63,595 bases of DNA from Candidatus Hydrogenedentota bacterium (GCA_903925285.1 CAIYET010000115.1:1-63595); one strand, 5' to 3'. Shown: positions 36,239 through 47,165, counted from the first letter of the stretch. The notes: generated by a model not told the origin, from the sequence alone. Numbers and translations are program-made.

Positions 36239-39200
36239 ATGCAAAGCGACAGCCAATCCGTAGCGAACAGCGCCGCCGCACACGCGCAGATCGCCCAACC
36301 GAATTTCACATCACCGAACCGTGTAATGCTGGATGATCCACGCATTACGGGCTGGGTCTTGGCATCCAATGGCGGACTCGGAACGGCGTCGCTCTTCGAT
36401 GGGCTAGTCACGACTGATGGCTATGTATTGCGCGCGCGCATTCTCGCCAACAACACGCTGGAAGTGACCCGGAGCACGGTTGCCGCCGCATCGATCACGA
36501 CTACGCTCGCCTGGTCCGCCAACACGTTACCGACCACCATCACCGCCACTTATAAGCATGGGGTTGCTCTCTTCAACAATGCGGGTGTGATCGATCTCTT
36601 CTGGGTGGACGCGACGACCACGCCGCTGTCCCCCGTCGTTTATCAAAAGCGTTCGAGTGACAACGGCAAAGCCGGCACGTGGGGCACAACTCACAGCGTC
36701 ACGGGCGGACTCAGCACCCAGTACGGCACGGGCGCGCCCGCGCCGATCAATCTCGTTGCCCCAGCGGCGAACCTTGTTTTTTACACCACCACCAGCAGCT
36801 TTGCGAGCCATGCCGTATTACTCAATTACTTCAAGACCACCGATGCTTGGGTGACTCCCGTCGCTGGCGGGGCTTGGGATTACGACGCCCTAGTCATGGG
36901 GATCGATTCGCCAGTGTCCTTATTCGGATCCGATAACGCTTCGTCAACCATGGCGTGTGCCGCATTACCCAATGGGGATTTGATTTTCTGCTTTTACAGC
37001 GCCAATCCGCGCAGCTATACGACGGCGGGGCTCTGGACATTGCGCGCATATCTGACCGCGACCAATACATTTTCTTTCGGGCAGATCGAATCACTTCTCA
37101 CCGGCGTCAACGTGGGAACCGTGCTCCCATCGGAGAACGCGAACCCATCGGGCTATCTCGTCATTGCACCCAGACTTCAAACCGTGGGATCGGATCTGTG
37201 GATCACCGCGACCGAGGTCACGCAGTTTGCCGGCAACTTCAATGCGATTCTCTGCGCGTTGCGCGCCAAGACAACCAGCGGCACGATCCACTTCACCGAT
37301 CGCATGGGCTTGGGATCGCTGGGCGTGAGCACTGTAACGAATTACACGAGCGGCGTTTTATCGCCCTTGTTTACTCTCAACGACATTCTCTACAACAAGA
37401 TGCTTGTGGCTGGGAACAATTTGTTCATGCTGTCCTATGACCGCGTCTTTGTAGCTGGCGCCACCTCTCTGTGTGGCGTCAGCAATCCCGCCAAGACAGT
37501 GGATCTATCCGGCGACATGACCCAGGGTGAATACCAGCGGACGCCAGTCAAGCAAATCAGCACCGCAACCATTCACTTGCGAAATCGTGGCGAAAAGTAC
37601 ACGGTCAACCAAGCGTCGTTGATCGACGGTGCCCGCGTGATTCTGAAAGCTGGGTACGGCAGCAACCTCACCACCTTGGGGACGATGGTCATCGACGAAG
37701 CGAAGACCTTGACCAAGTTTGGGCGCACTACCTTTGACCATCAGATCGAACTCACCCTGCACGACTATCTGGACAAGTTGGTGCATTACATTTCAGATTA
37801 CTATTATCAATATGCCAGCGGACTAAAGATTAGCTTGAATAGTTTCAAAGACTTGACCGCGCTCGCTGTGTTCAATGGGAATTTCACCGCGCAAAACGGG
37901 ACGCTCTATCCCGCCATAGTAAATGCCGCTGACAAATGGTATGACAACCTGGCCTACGTCAACTCACAACGGCGCGTGACCGATGGCTGGATCGAATTGC
38001 CTTTCAAGATCGACAACGCAGTCATTGATGCGAACAATGTCAACGCCTACATTGGCATCGCCTTCCAAGGCGTGGATGCGCAGAACTATTACGCCGTCAC
38101 CTGGAATCGCGGGACGAACAATCAATTCCAACTTGTTCAAGCAACGCCGGCAGCAACCACGAGCATTCAATACCTGACGTACACGCGCATAACAACGAGC
38201 AACGAGCAAACTGTGGCGTTCAAAATGAATGGAACTTATGCCATGCGCGTGCGACAGTACCACAACAAGGTTTGGGCAGAATGGGCGAGCGGAATAAACT
38301 CGCCGGAAAACTTCAGCAGCGCGCCCGCCGTGAGTGGAAGTTTGGGCGTGCATACGTTCTATTACACGATTACCGCCATTGATGCGCTCACCAATGAAGA
38401 GTCGGGTCCGTCCGCTGAACTCGCCGTCACGACGAACACCACAAACCAAAAAAATGTTTTGACTTGGAACAAGGTGCCGAACGCAGCGGGGAAAACATAC
38501 AAGATCTATCGCTCGCTGGTCAGCGGCGCGGCGAATTACCCGGCGACCTCGTTGCTCGCCACCGTGAACGATCCAACGGTCACGTACACCGACGATGGAA
38601 CAGTTGCTCTCACCAGCGGATCGCCGCCCGTCAAGCCGATCACGAGGACGCGGACTTGGAACGCGGCGTTGTCTTACACCGGCGTGCCAACGAATGCCGC
38701 TTACTGGGGGATCTTGATGACCGGGCAACTGGCGAACACGACGCCGATCGGATATTCGATCAACAACCAAGCCACGCCGTATCAGAAAATGATGTTCTTG
38801 AATGACCGAAACACGGCTTCTGGTTACCAAGGGAAACGCGACGAACTTGCCGCGCGCATCCCGATTCCTGGACCGGGTGTCATGCGTGGGCTTGACCTCT
38901 ACTTTTACATCAACGCAAATCAATCCCAAGTCCCGAGCATTCCTGAAATTTCAATCAATGTCGTTCTGGACAAGGGCGACGGAACCCAACCGGCAGATTT
39001 GACCGTGCCGAGCAACATTCTCTACTCAACGACTGTTTCACCGAGCGCGCTAGCGGCTTCCTACATAAATTTCCAGACCAGCACGATCTCTCTGCAAGCG
39101 TACAGCGTGATCGCGCTAACAGGGGGCTACGTTTGGATTTGGGTGCATCCAGCGAACGACATTGCGGTTGCAAGCGCCGGGCTGGTTGCGCAACCAGCGG

Positions 39201-40612
39201 GATGGCTTTATGATGCGGTCGGCGCAAACAAGGGCGGTGTCCTGTCAAAGTGGATCTACCAGCAACCGCATGACGTGACTGGCGCAAATCCAACATGGAC
39301 TATCTCAAATTTCGACACGGCGCCCAGCTTCTATTGCCAATTATATTACGCGCAGCAATCCGTGGGATTCACGATCCTGGGATTGAATTTTGCGTCGGGT
39401 GAACCTGAATATACGATGGAGCACGTCATTGCCGAGCTTGCCACCAAAGCCGAAATGAACGGGATCACCGCAAAAAGCTGGGTGAGCGATGCGTTGTCCA
39501 CCTACTCGACGGGAACCGACAACACACAGGGATTCACGTTCGCCAACAATTCGGTCGGATCCATCTCGGCGAGCGGGGGCTATCTAACCGTGGCTGGCGC
39601 AGACTCCACCCATTACGGAGTTGTCCGCACCAACGCTTATCTGGGAACGGTGGGCGAGTTTCCGCTCGAGATCGATCTGGTCATTCAGGGCGCGACCAAC
39701 AAGCAAGGGATCGCCTTTCGCTTGACGGGGAACCCGAACGACAGCACGCTTGCCGGCTACTATGTTGAATTCCAACCTTCTGGCGGAAGCATCGACAAGA
39801 TCACGCTTTATCAAGTCGTTGCTGGCAACATGACGAAATACAAACTAGGGGAATCGACGTGCCTCGCCCCATTGCCGATCAACCAAGTGGCACACGTCAT
39901 GCTGACCGAGTACGAAAATTACATCACGGTCTATGTCAATGGAATTCTAAGCGCAATGATTAGCGACGGTTCCGTCGCTAATGCCGGCTATGTGGGCTTG
40001 GTGAGCTACGGGACAACCGCGAGCAAATGGGCGAACCTGCGTATTCCTGAGATCCGACCGCATCGCGATACTTACACCCTCGAAGGGGACAAGGACGGTC
40101 GCCAGAATCTCGATCAACTGATCGGGCTGGATCAAATCTATTACAGCGCCAAGCAAGATGGATCGCTCTTCATCACCATCTACGCGAGTCGCGACCTTGA
40201 CGCCGCGGTTTACTCTATCACCTTGAAGGATGCGGGACACATCTACAGCGGACGCTATCGCGTCTCGGACTTGAACGCGCAAGGGAACTATTTCGCGCGC
40301 TACTTGGTGAGCACGGTGCTGGCATTGCGCGGACGCTTCTACAAACGCTATTCGACGAATGCTTACACCGACAGCGCCGCTTACTTGAATGCACAGATCC
40401 CAGCGCGGGATGGGCAGGAGTCTAGCGAGCAATACCCAGCGGGATTCAAACGCGCTAACCCAGCACTCGAAGTCGAGGATGAAGTCATCACGACCAATGC
40501 CTTTGACGGCGTGGTCAACGGAACCTGGATCGTCACGGACTATGCTATCCGGATCATACCCAAGAGCGCCGAACAAAGCATGACCATGAACCTGCGCAAG
40601 TTCATTTCATAG
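36239..40612 (+). CDS. Large tail tip/hub protein with FN3-like and lectin-like inserts
   Basis: 1457 aa, Thr/Ser-rich; YYTITAID..EESGPS...LTWNKV...YKIYRS. Confidence 0.7.
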   Translation: MQSDSQSVANSAAAHAQIAQPNFTSPNRVMLDDPRITGWVLASNGGLGTASLFDGLVTTDGYVLRARILANNTLEVTRSTVAAASITTTLAWSANTLPTTITATYKHGVALFNNAGVIDLFWVDATTTPLSPVVYQKRSSDNGKAGTWGTTHSVTGGLSTQYGTGAPAPINLVAPAANLVFYTTTSSFASHAVLLNYFKTTDAWVTPVAGGAWDYDALVMGIDSPVSLFGSDNASSTMACAALPNGDLIFCFYSANPRSYTTAGLWTLRAYLTATNTFSFGQIESLLTGVNVGTVLPSENANPSGYLVIAPRLQTVGSDLWITATEVTQFAGNFNAILCALRAKTTSGTIHFTDRMGLGSLGVSTVTNYTSGVLSPLFTLNDILYNKMLVAGNNLFMLSYDRVFVAGATSLCGVSNPAKTVDLSGDMTQGEYQRTPVKQISTATIHLRNRGEKYTVNQASLIDGARVILKAGYGSNLTTLGTMVIDEAKTLTKFGRTTFDHQIELTLHDYLDKLVHYISDYYYQYASGLKISLNSFKDLTALAVFNGNFTAQNGTLYPAIVNAADKWYDNLAYVNSQRRVTDGWIELPFKIDNAVIDANNVNAYIGIAFQGVDAQNYYAVTWNRGTNNQFQLVQATPAATTSIQYLTYTRITTSNEQTVAFKMNGTYAMRVRQYHNKVWAEWASGINSPENFSSAPAVSGSLGVHTFYYTITAIDALTNEESGPSAELAVTTNTTNQKNVLTWNKVPNAAGKTYKIYRSLVSGAANYPATSLLATVNDPTVTYTDDGTVALTSGSPPVKPITRTRTWNAALSYTGVPTNAAYWGILMTGQLANTTPIGYSINNQATPYQKMMFLNDRNTASGYQGKRDELAARIPIPGPGVMRGLDLYFYINANQSQVPSIPEISINVVLDKGDGTQPADLTVPSNILYSTTVSPSALAASYINFQTSTISLQAYSVIALTGGYVWIWVHPANDIAVASAGLVAQPAGWLYDAVGANKGGVLSKWIYQQPHDVTGANPTWTISNFDTAPSFYCQLYYAQQSVGFTILGLNFASGEPEYTMEHVIAELATKAEMNGITAKSWVSDALSTYSTGTDNTQGFTFANNSVGSISASGGYLTVAGADSTHYGVVRTNAYLGTVGEFPLEIDLVIQGATNKQGIAFRLTGNPNDSTLAGYYVEFQPSGGSIDKITLYQVVAGNMTKYKLGESTCLAPLPINQVAHVMLTEYENYITVYVNGILSAMISDGSVANAGYVGLVSYGTTASKWANLRIPEIRPHRDTYTLEGDKDGRQNLDQLIGLDQIYYSAKQDGSLFITIYASRDLDAAVYSITLKDAGHIYSGRYRVSDLNAQGNYFARYLVSTVLALRGRFYKRYSTNAYTDSAAYLNAQIPARDGQESSEQYPAGFKRANPALEVEDEVITTNAFDGVVNGTWIVTDYAIRIIPKSAEQSMTMNLRKFIS

Positions 40613-40651
40613 GGGATTCTATGCGGTTAAAGTTCCAACTCCAAGGGGATT

Positions 40652-43600
40652 ATGAAACACATCTACGGACTTCTGCTGGCCATGCTTCTGCTGGGTTGCG
40701 CAACGCCCAGCAGCGAGCGGACGGCTAAATATGTCACGCCTGAACCGATCGCGTTTGCAATTACGAGCACGCCGAGCGTCACGTCACAACCCAGCACGAC
40801 CGCAACCCGAACACGCGCGCCGAGCGTCACGCCGACCCGAACAAGGACTCCCATGCCTGTAAACACAACCGCTCAGGCGACGATTCAACGCCTGAGCCAG
40901 TCGCAAGTCGTCGTCGATCAAAACAAAAAAGTGGGGACCATCGTCGATTACAGCATACCGCTCCGCTGGGCGGATGTCGTTGTCACTGGCGCTGGGACCG
41001 TGCATGCTCTATTTCCGTTGGATCGCGACATCTCCAATGTCGCGATTGGAATGCGCGCCGAGGTAACTCGCGACACCGACACGATCACCGGCGTCAGCGA
41101 GTATTACGTCACGCAACTCAAGCCGCCGCTATTTGGTGTGGGCACGAACACGCCCGCGCGAACGTCTGTCCTCGCGCAACCGAAATGGGTTTATCTATCG
41201 CAATCGGGAACGCAACTGCAAGCGAGCTGGACGCAAGTGCCCGGCGCGACGAAATACACGGTCTTCTACAACCCAAACGGCACGCCCCACATGAACGGCG
41301 CTCTACCCGTGCCAGGCGCTACCAACATCGCGTCTACGGCGTGGAATGGGTTGTTCAATTCCAGCCCCACGAGCCAGATCAATCTCATCAACCCGAGTTT
41401 TGAGAGCAACAACCTGACGGGGTGGGGCGGTCCAGAGCCGCTGCCGTATGGACCTGACTCATTGTCATGGCTAATTCTTCCCGCAACCATTTCATCCACT
41501 CATGCCTATAGCAGAACGTATTCCGCGTTGATCCAGTCGAACGTATATAAGAACGGCGCAAATTACTACTACTCGACTCTGAATAGCGATCTGATTCCTG
41601 TGATCGCGGGGAATCCCTACACGGTCAGCTTGTATGCTTTTACCGACAATGCGGTGCATGGGAGTAACTCGTTTAGTCTGTACATTGCGTGGTATGACGC
41701 AACCAAAACCATTGTGCCTTACGGAAGCGGGGGCTACATAGGCGCTGTCTCCGGACCCTTCGCTCTGAATTCATGGACACTTCGCGCGGCGACCAAAACG
41801 GCACCTGCTACGGCGGCGTATATGGAATTGTATTTCGCGCCGGCTAACTTTGGAGATGGCGTCACCATGAACACATGGATAGATCTAGTTTCCGTTTCAG
41901 GACAGGCGCCTGTTAGTGTAAATTCTTATCCCATTGCAGTGGTGGCTTACGACGACAACGGCAACGCATCGCCGCCCAGCGAGTGGCTGATCCCCGTGCC
42001 GCAAGCTGCCAGCGTGGGCAGTCCCAGCACCGGAATTGCGCTAGACCCCGTGACAGCGACCGTGCAGATCATCAACAACACGCCGACGCGCTCCGCCAGC
42101 GCCGCGCCCACCACGCAGCAGATCCAAGATGATTTTTCACTGTTGACTGCGCCTCGCCACAGATACGAACCGGACAAAGATGGCACATATGCCATGACCA
42201 GCGACATCACGGGCGGCGGTGGTCTGTACGTTGGAGCCGTTATTGCAAATCCAACGAGTTCTCTGCCAACTGGGTTTCTGTGGTGCGATGGTTCAGCCGT
42301 ATCTCGCACGACCTACGCGGCGTTGTTTACGTACTTAGGAACAACATTCGGATCGGGCGACGGATCGACAACATTCAACCTGCCAGATCTAAATGGTCGC
42401 ACGATTTACGGCAAGGGATCGAACGCCGACGTGTCAACGGTAGGCAACAGTGATGGGCTTGCAAATGCAAGTCGCACGCCAAAGCACACGCACAACATTC
42501 CCGCAACGAGCATTGATTGGGGAACGGGCGCAGGCAGCCCGAATCGTCTTTCTGTTTATGGTTCCTCTACAGAACAACCTACGTCAGACAAGCCAACTGG
42601 CTCTGGCAACGAACCCTACTTGGTTGTCGGCGGCTGGGTGATTTGCTACGCGCCGCCATCCGTGGCGGTGGCGGTGGCTGGGAATCCGTCTGCACAGACC
42701 GGTCTTGCAGCGATCAACGGAACGGCCATCACATGGATGCGCTCAGACGCTTCACCCGCGCTTGATCCCCAGGTCATCCACGCCGCAACGGCAAAGACTT
42801 CGCTCGTTGACGGGGACGAACTCCCGATTGCTGATTCTGCCGCGTCAAATGTCTGGAAAAAAATAACATCGCTGAATGCGTGGGTAAATTATTTTAAGAG
42901 CAAAGCCGACGCGCTCTATGCGGTGATCGGACACACGCACAGCTACCTTTCAACTGCACTTACATCGGCGCACATTTTCGTAGGCAACAGCTCGAACGTC
43001 GCAATCGACACTGCTTTGAGTGGCGACGCAACAATAGACAACACCGGCGTGCTGACCATTGCCAATGCGGTTGTCACTCTGACTAAGATGGCGAACATGG
43101 CAACCGCTTCGCTGATCTATCGAAAAACTGCCGGGAGCGGTGCGCCCGAAGTCAATTCGCTTGCAACACTGAAGTCAGACTTGGGTTCAATGCCAGCGAC
43201 CGCGCACAACATTCTGAGTGCAACTCATGGAGATGCGACAGCGGCGAGCGCGGTGCGGGGTGATGTTATCACAGCGCAAGGCGCAAGCCCAACCTGGTCG
43301 CGCTTGGCGATTTCCGTCCCAGCCGCCAATGTCCTGAATGTTTTAGGCGCGGCGAACGGAGACACCGAGCCGTCCTATAAAACTATTTTAGACGGCACGA
43401 CTCCGGCAACCGAAACCGTGGGCGGAGCGGGCGCGGCTGGAACTTCGCTTGTCGCCGCGCACCGTGATCATGCGCACCCCATTACGAATCCGGCGCTCGA
43501 TACCCTTGCTTCGCCAACCGACATCACCACGCTGAACACATCAACAACCGCGCACGGGCTTGCTCCGAAAATGGTTGCGCCGGCATCTGGGTTATTGAAT

Positions 43601-44266
43601 GTCCTTGGAATCGCGAACACGGAAACAGCCGCAAGTAACAAGGCGCTGTTCGACACGACCAACCCGGCGGCGCTTGGATCGGTGGGTCCGGGAACGCAAA
43701 TCATCGCGGCGCGGCGCGACCACATTCATTCTGCCGCTTCGGTGCCGCTTACCACACCAACCATCGACGGGAAAAAAGTTACCTTTGGGACATCCAACCC
43801 AGGAAGCCCAAGTTCAGGCGACGCCAATTTCAGAACGGACTTGGGTCTATGGACATATTACGACGGGACGCGCTGGCTGACAGCGCATGAAGTGGCTGTT
43901 GATATTCCGCAAACATATTACACAGTGAGCGGTACTCGCGGACTGCTCCATCGCCTACGAACTGATTATGCGCCTTACATTACCCGCGTGGCAATTTCGA
44001 CAAACGCAGATACCACCAACAACGCATCAAACTACTGGACGATTGCGATTAGGGGCATAAACCTAACCGATTCGGCAGCAACGACTATTGATACATTCAA
44101 CACGTCCGCTGACACCGTGAACACGTGGACAAATCACGAACGCGCGCCGGGTTCAACTGCAACCCCAGCGAATTACTATATGCTCGATGTGCTGGCAACC
44201 AAATCAGGTTCTCCCGGCGGGGTAACTGTATTGGTCACGGCATATTACAGGTTGATTGTCACATGA
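40652..44266 (+). CDS. Tail fibre (FN3, CBM-like and tail-collar domains) with an N-terminal lipoprotein-like signal
   Basis: MKHIYGLLLAMLLLGC; LINPSFE; GFLWCDGSAVSRTTYAALF...GDGSTTFNLPDL; RDHxH motifs. Confidence 0.8.
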   Translation: MKHIYGLLLAMLLLGCATPSSERTAKYVTPEPIAFAITSTPSVTSQPSTTATRTRAPSVTPTRTRTPMPVNTTAQATIQRLSQSQVVVDQNKKVGTIVDYSIPLRWADVVVTGAGTVHALFPLDRDISNVAIGMRAEVTRDTDTITGVSEYYVTQLKPPLFGVGTNTPARTSVLAQPKWVYLSQSGTQLQASWTQVPGATKYTVFYNPNGTPHMNGALPVPGATNIASTAWNGLFNSSPTSQINLINPSFESNNLTGWGGPEPLPYGPDSLSWLILPATISSTHAYSRTYSALIQSNVYKNGANYYYSTLNSDLIPVIAGNPYTVSLYAFTDNAVHGSNSFSLYIAWYDATKTIVPYGSGGYIGAVSGPFALNSWTLRAATKTAPATAAYMELYFAPANFGDGVTMNTWIDLVSVSGQAPVSVNSYPIAVVAYDDNGNASPPSEWLIPVPQAASVGSPSTGIALDPVTATVQIINNTPTRSASAAPTTQQIQDDFSLLTAPRHRYEPDKDGTYAMTSDITGGGGLYVGAVIANPTSSLPTGFLWCDGSAVSRTTYAALFTYLGTTFGSGDGSTTFNLPDLNGRTIYGKGSNADVSTVGNSDGLANASRTPKHTHNIPATSIDWGTGAGSPNRLSVYGSSTEQPTSDKPTGSGNEPYLVVGGWVICYAPPSVAVAVAGNPSAQTGLAAINGTAITWMRSDASPALDPQVIHAATAKTSLVDGDELPIADSAASNVWKKITSLNAWVNYFKSKADALYAVIGHTHSYLSTALTSAHIFVGNSSNVAIDTALSGDATIDNTGVLTIANAVVTLTKMANMATASLIYRKTAGSGAPEVNSLATLKSDLGSMPATAHNILSATHGDATAASAVRGDVITAQGASPTWSRLAISVPAANVLNVLGAANGDTEPSYKTILDGTTPATETVGGAGAAGTSLVAAHRDHAHPITNPALDTLASPTDITTLNTSTTAHGLAPKMVAPASGLLNVLGIANTETAASNKALFDTTNPAALGSVGPGTQIIAARRDHIHSAASVPLTTPTIDGKKVTFGTSNPGSPSSGDANFRTDLGLWTYYDGTRWLTAHEVAVDIPQTYYTVSGTRGLLHRLRTDYAPYITRVAISTNADTTNNASNYWTIAIRGINLTDSAATTIDTFNTSADTVNTWTNHERAPGSTATPANYYMLDVLATKSGSPGGVTVLVTAYYRLIVT

Positions 44267-44464
44267 GAATCTATTACGTTCCCTCTGGCAACATCGCCGC
44301 CGGCGCGGCAGAAGCGAAAGTCATTAAGGACAAACACAAATCCAAGTCCATCTCGAAGATGAACGCGAAAGACTTGGCTGAAATTGTCGAACTCTTGGCG
44401 ATTGCGGCGGGGATTGCAAATTCTGACGGGACGGTGAAATGACGTGGGCAGACAAAGGTGAAGT

Positions 44465-44728
44465 ATGACAGAAAATGACTGGCAACTAATCATAGGAGTG
44501 ACCGCGAGCATCAATGCGGTTCAACTGATTGACCGATACCGGATCGTGCGCGACATGGGCATCTTCGCGGCGATCTTGCCGCGCGTATTTATCGCGGTGA
44601 TCTTTATGATAGATGGACTCATTCCAGAGCCGCATCCCGTCTATGTCCGCGACCTGGATTACATATCACTGATTCTGCTGTTCGCAACATCCATCGTAAA
44701 TATGATCGCGGAGAGACTTCGCAAATGA
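44465..44728 (+). CDS. Small multi-TM protein (holin candidate)
   Basis: About 3 hydrophobic segments; lysis-block position. Confidence 0.5.
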   Translation: MTENDWQLIIGVTASINAVQLIDRYRIVRDMGIFAAILPRVFIAVIFMIDGLIPEPHPVYVRDLDYISLILLFATSIVNMIAERLRK

Positions 44729-45057
44729 CACCGGAAATAATAGCTGCGGGAACCGCACTCATCGTAGCGCTCGTCAGTGGGGTGATTAGTGTCAGAAACT
44801 CATCATCCCAAATAAAGCGGGACGCCTTGACAATCGCAAACGAACAGATTGACCGGATGGACAAGCGGCTGCAAGTGGTCGAGGCTGAGAACAGCACGAT
44901 ACAAAAATCTATGTTCGCGCTGGCTATGGCTAATGCCACGCAAGCCACAAAAATCGTGCGACTCGAAGCAGAACTGACTTCGCGGGACAGTCGGATCGTT
45001 GAACTAGAAACGCAAGTGGCGGAGTTACAAGCAAAGCAAAGACAAACGGAAGGATAA
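44725..45057 (+). CDS. N-terminal TM plus coiled-coil protein (lysis-associated candidate)
   Basis: IIAAGTALIVALVSGVI followed by heptad repeats. Confidence 0.55.
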   Translation: MTPEIIAAGTALIVALVSGVISVRNSSSQIKRDALTIANEQIDRMDKRLQVVEAENSTIQKSMFALAMANATQATKIVRLEAELTSRDSRIVELETQVAELQAKQRQTEG

Positions 45058-45060
45058 ATT

Positions 45061-45879
45061 ATGATTCAAAAACGTCTGCCGCGTTCACCGCGCGACAACA
45101 ACGACTACGAGCTTTCAAACTTCTTACGCAAAGCTGCCGTCCTGCCGGCGGTGCGTGACTGGGGATTCCCTCAGCAACCTCTCAATCAGGTAAAGACCTC
45201 ACATTGTGGCGGATTCTCTCTCGCCGACAAACGCGCTAGTCCTGGATCGGCATTCGGCTCGATCCCGCAAACAGACCGAGATGGGCACGATTATTACTAT
45301 CTCATCAAAGCCCTAGAGGGCGTAAAGCCAAACGATCCAACCTATGAGGATGGAGTTTACACCCGCGATGCTCTGAAGCTCTGCGTCCAACTGGGCTGGG
45401 CAAGGGCGTATGCTTTCGCTAGCGATCTGAACTCCGCCAAGTCATTCATTCTAGGTCAGGACACCCTACTCTTTGGTAGCGTCTGGCTCGCAGATATGTT
45501 TGACACGGACGCCGAGGGTTTCATCCACTTTGGCGGCAATGTTGCCGGCGGTCATTTGTGGGAAGTCCGCGGCTTCGATAGCGACCGAGACGTTTGGACC
45601 GGACAACAATCTTGGGGTCCGTGGGGTTACCAAAAGAACGGCACCTTCTACATCAAGGGCGCTGACTTTGAAGCTCTCTACAAACAATCCGGCGAGATCG
45701 GGGCGGTGGTAGAAACTGCCAACGTCCCAGTCCCAACTCCCGGAAATGGATGCTATGATCTGCAAGCCATGATCGCGCGCAACATCAAGTCCATGAGCGC
45801 GTCAAAAGACCCAAATGTTCAACTCTACATCAAGTCGTTGCAAGCCCAGCTTGCGGTTCTCAAAGCGGGCAAAGTCTAA
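45061..45879 (+). CDS. Papain-like (C1) cysteine peptidase
   Basis: LNQ....HCGGFS, GGHLW..RGFD and QQSWG.WG..NG. Confidence 0.8.
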   Translation: MIQKRLPRSPRDNNDYELSNFLRKAAVLPAVRDWGFPQQPLNQVKTSHCGGFSLADKRASPGSAFGSIPQTDRDGHDYYYLIKALEGVKPNDPTYEDGVYTRDALKLCVQLGWARAYAFASDLNSAKSFILGQDTLLFGSVWLADMFDTDAEGFIHFGGNVAGGHLWEVRGFDSDRDVWTGQQSWGPWGYQKNGTFYIKGADFEALYKQSGEIGAVVETANVPVPTPGNGCYDLQAMIARNIKSMSASKDPNVQLYIKSLQAQLAVLKAGKV

Positions 45880-45885
45880 AGCGCG

Positions 45886-46020
45886 ATGAGGTTTGGATTT
45901 CTGCTCGCCGCGCTGATGGGCGCGGTCTTGCTCAAGTATGAGCGCAACAGTCAATACAAAGAACTTTGGATCCTGCTGATCGCGGGTAGCTTACTTGCAT
46001 TCGCGGCGAGCCAGGATTAG
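45886..46020 (+). CDS. 44 aa two-TM peptide
   Basis: Manual translation MRFGFLLAALMGAVLLK...LWILLIAGSLLAFAASQD. Confidence 0.45.
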   Translation: MRFGFLLAALMGAVLLKYERNSQYKELWILLIAGSLLAFAASQD

Positions 46021-46047
46021 AATACAAACACTTCAAGGGGTGATTTC

Positions 46048-46260
46048 ATGGCAAACGATCTAAGCAAGTTGGTCTCGGTCCGACTCGTCCAGGACGATGG
46101 AAAGTCATTGGGCAACTCGGTGGACATGGCGGAGAGCGACGCTTTCCCGCTCATTCAAACCTTCCAAGCGTTCTTCACGAACTCGGTCACCGAAGACATT
46201 CGCGATTTTGTCGAGTGGGCTGAGGGCGGGATCGGCGCGCAGGAGAACAATGCCGAATAG
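46048..46260 (+). CDS. Hypothetical protein
   Basis: GGGGTG RBS; 70 aa. Confidence 0.55.
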   Translation: MANDLSKLVSVRLVQDDGKSLGNSVDMAESDAFPLIQTFQAFFTNSVTEDIRDFVEWAEGGIGAQENNAE

Positions 46261-46344
46261 GAAAAACAACCACGCGCTAAATTGGCGCGTGGTAAAACAC
46301 GCCGCGCCGTTCGCGGCAAATCAAGTCGCAAAGAGGTCAAATCT

Positions 46345-46830
46345 ATGAACGCATTCAAAAAATTCGTTCGCGGGAATTTAGTCCCGCTCGTGGTGCTCGT
46401 CGCAACGGTGATCGCCGCCTTCGCATTTCCGTTCAAAGCCGCCGACGCGGTCAGCGTCAAGGGCATTGATCCGAACACGATCATTGCCTTCTTCGGCATG
46501 TCGCTGAGTCAGTTCTTCACCTGGCTGGCCAGTCAAATCGTGGTGGGCGGCGGGATCGGCGCCCTGCTCGTGTTCTATATCATCACGCCGATCGCCACGT
46601 GGCTCGAAGTTCCGGATTCCGTGACCCAGGTCTTTACCGGGTTGGTCTTCACGGCCATCGCCAATGCGCTCACGGCGCTGGTCGGCGCGGTCGCGCCGGC
46701 GTACTTGCCGCTGCCGCTCTGGCAGATCGTGATCGTGCTCGTCGCGGTTGCGGTCAACTACTACTTTGCCAAGGTCTCGCTCAACGCGCATCCGCGCGGA
46801 ACATCGGCCGCGCAGCGCGCACTCGGATAA
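46345..46830 (+). CDS. Multi-TM membrane protein (holin candidate)
   Basis: 4-5 hydrophobic helices. Confidence 0.6.
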   Translation: MNAFKKFVRGNLVPLVVLVATVIAAFAFPFKAADAVSVKGIDPNTIIAFFGMSLSQFFTWLASQIVVGGGIGALLVFYIITPIATWLEVPDSVTQVFTGLVFTAIANALTALVGAVAPAYLPLPLWQIVIVLVAVAVNYYFAKVSLNAHPRGTSAAQRALG

Positions 46831-46909
46831 TAAAAGTCGTCGCGATTGCATCCCGCGACGGCGGAACAAAAAAGCGGGTCTGTTTGCCACAGGCCCGCTT
46901 TCAAATTAA

Positions 46910-46955
46910 AAATGACAGCCAACCTTTGCGGGTTTCATGGCTGTCATTTGTTTTG
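46910..46955. terminator. Hairpin, possibly a bidirectional terminator
   Basis: AAATGACAGCCA...TGGCTGTCATTT flanked by A and T runs. Confidence 0.55.
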
Positions 46956-47137
46956 CCAGGACACAAGTCCATACGGGATCGGCTTGACGATCTCCGGCTC
47001 GGTGAATCCGCCGTTTCGGCAACGGTGACGCGAACGATGTGACGGGAATACATGTGCTGGCTTCATAATTAAATTGTAACACGGTTAGTTACAAATCGCA
47101 AGCTATAAAATACAACTTCTAGCAACAAACTTGGGTA

Positions 47138-47165
47138 TTGACAATCTTTACAACTGTGATAGAAT
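47138..47165 (+). promoter_or_regulatory. Promoter
   Basis: TTGACA-16 nt-TAGAAT with an extended TG. Confidence 0.65.
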
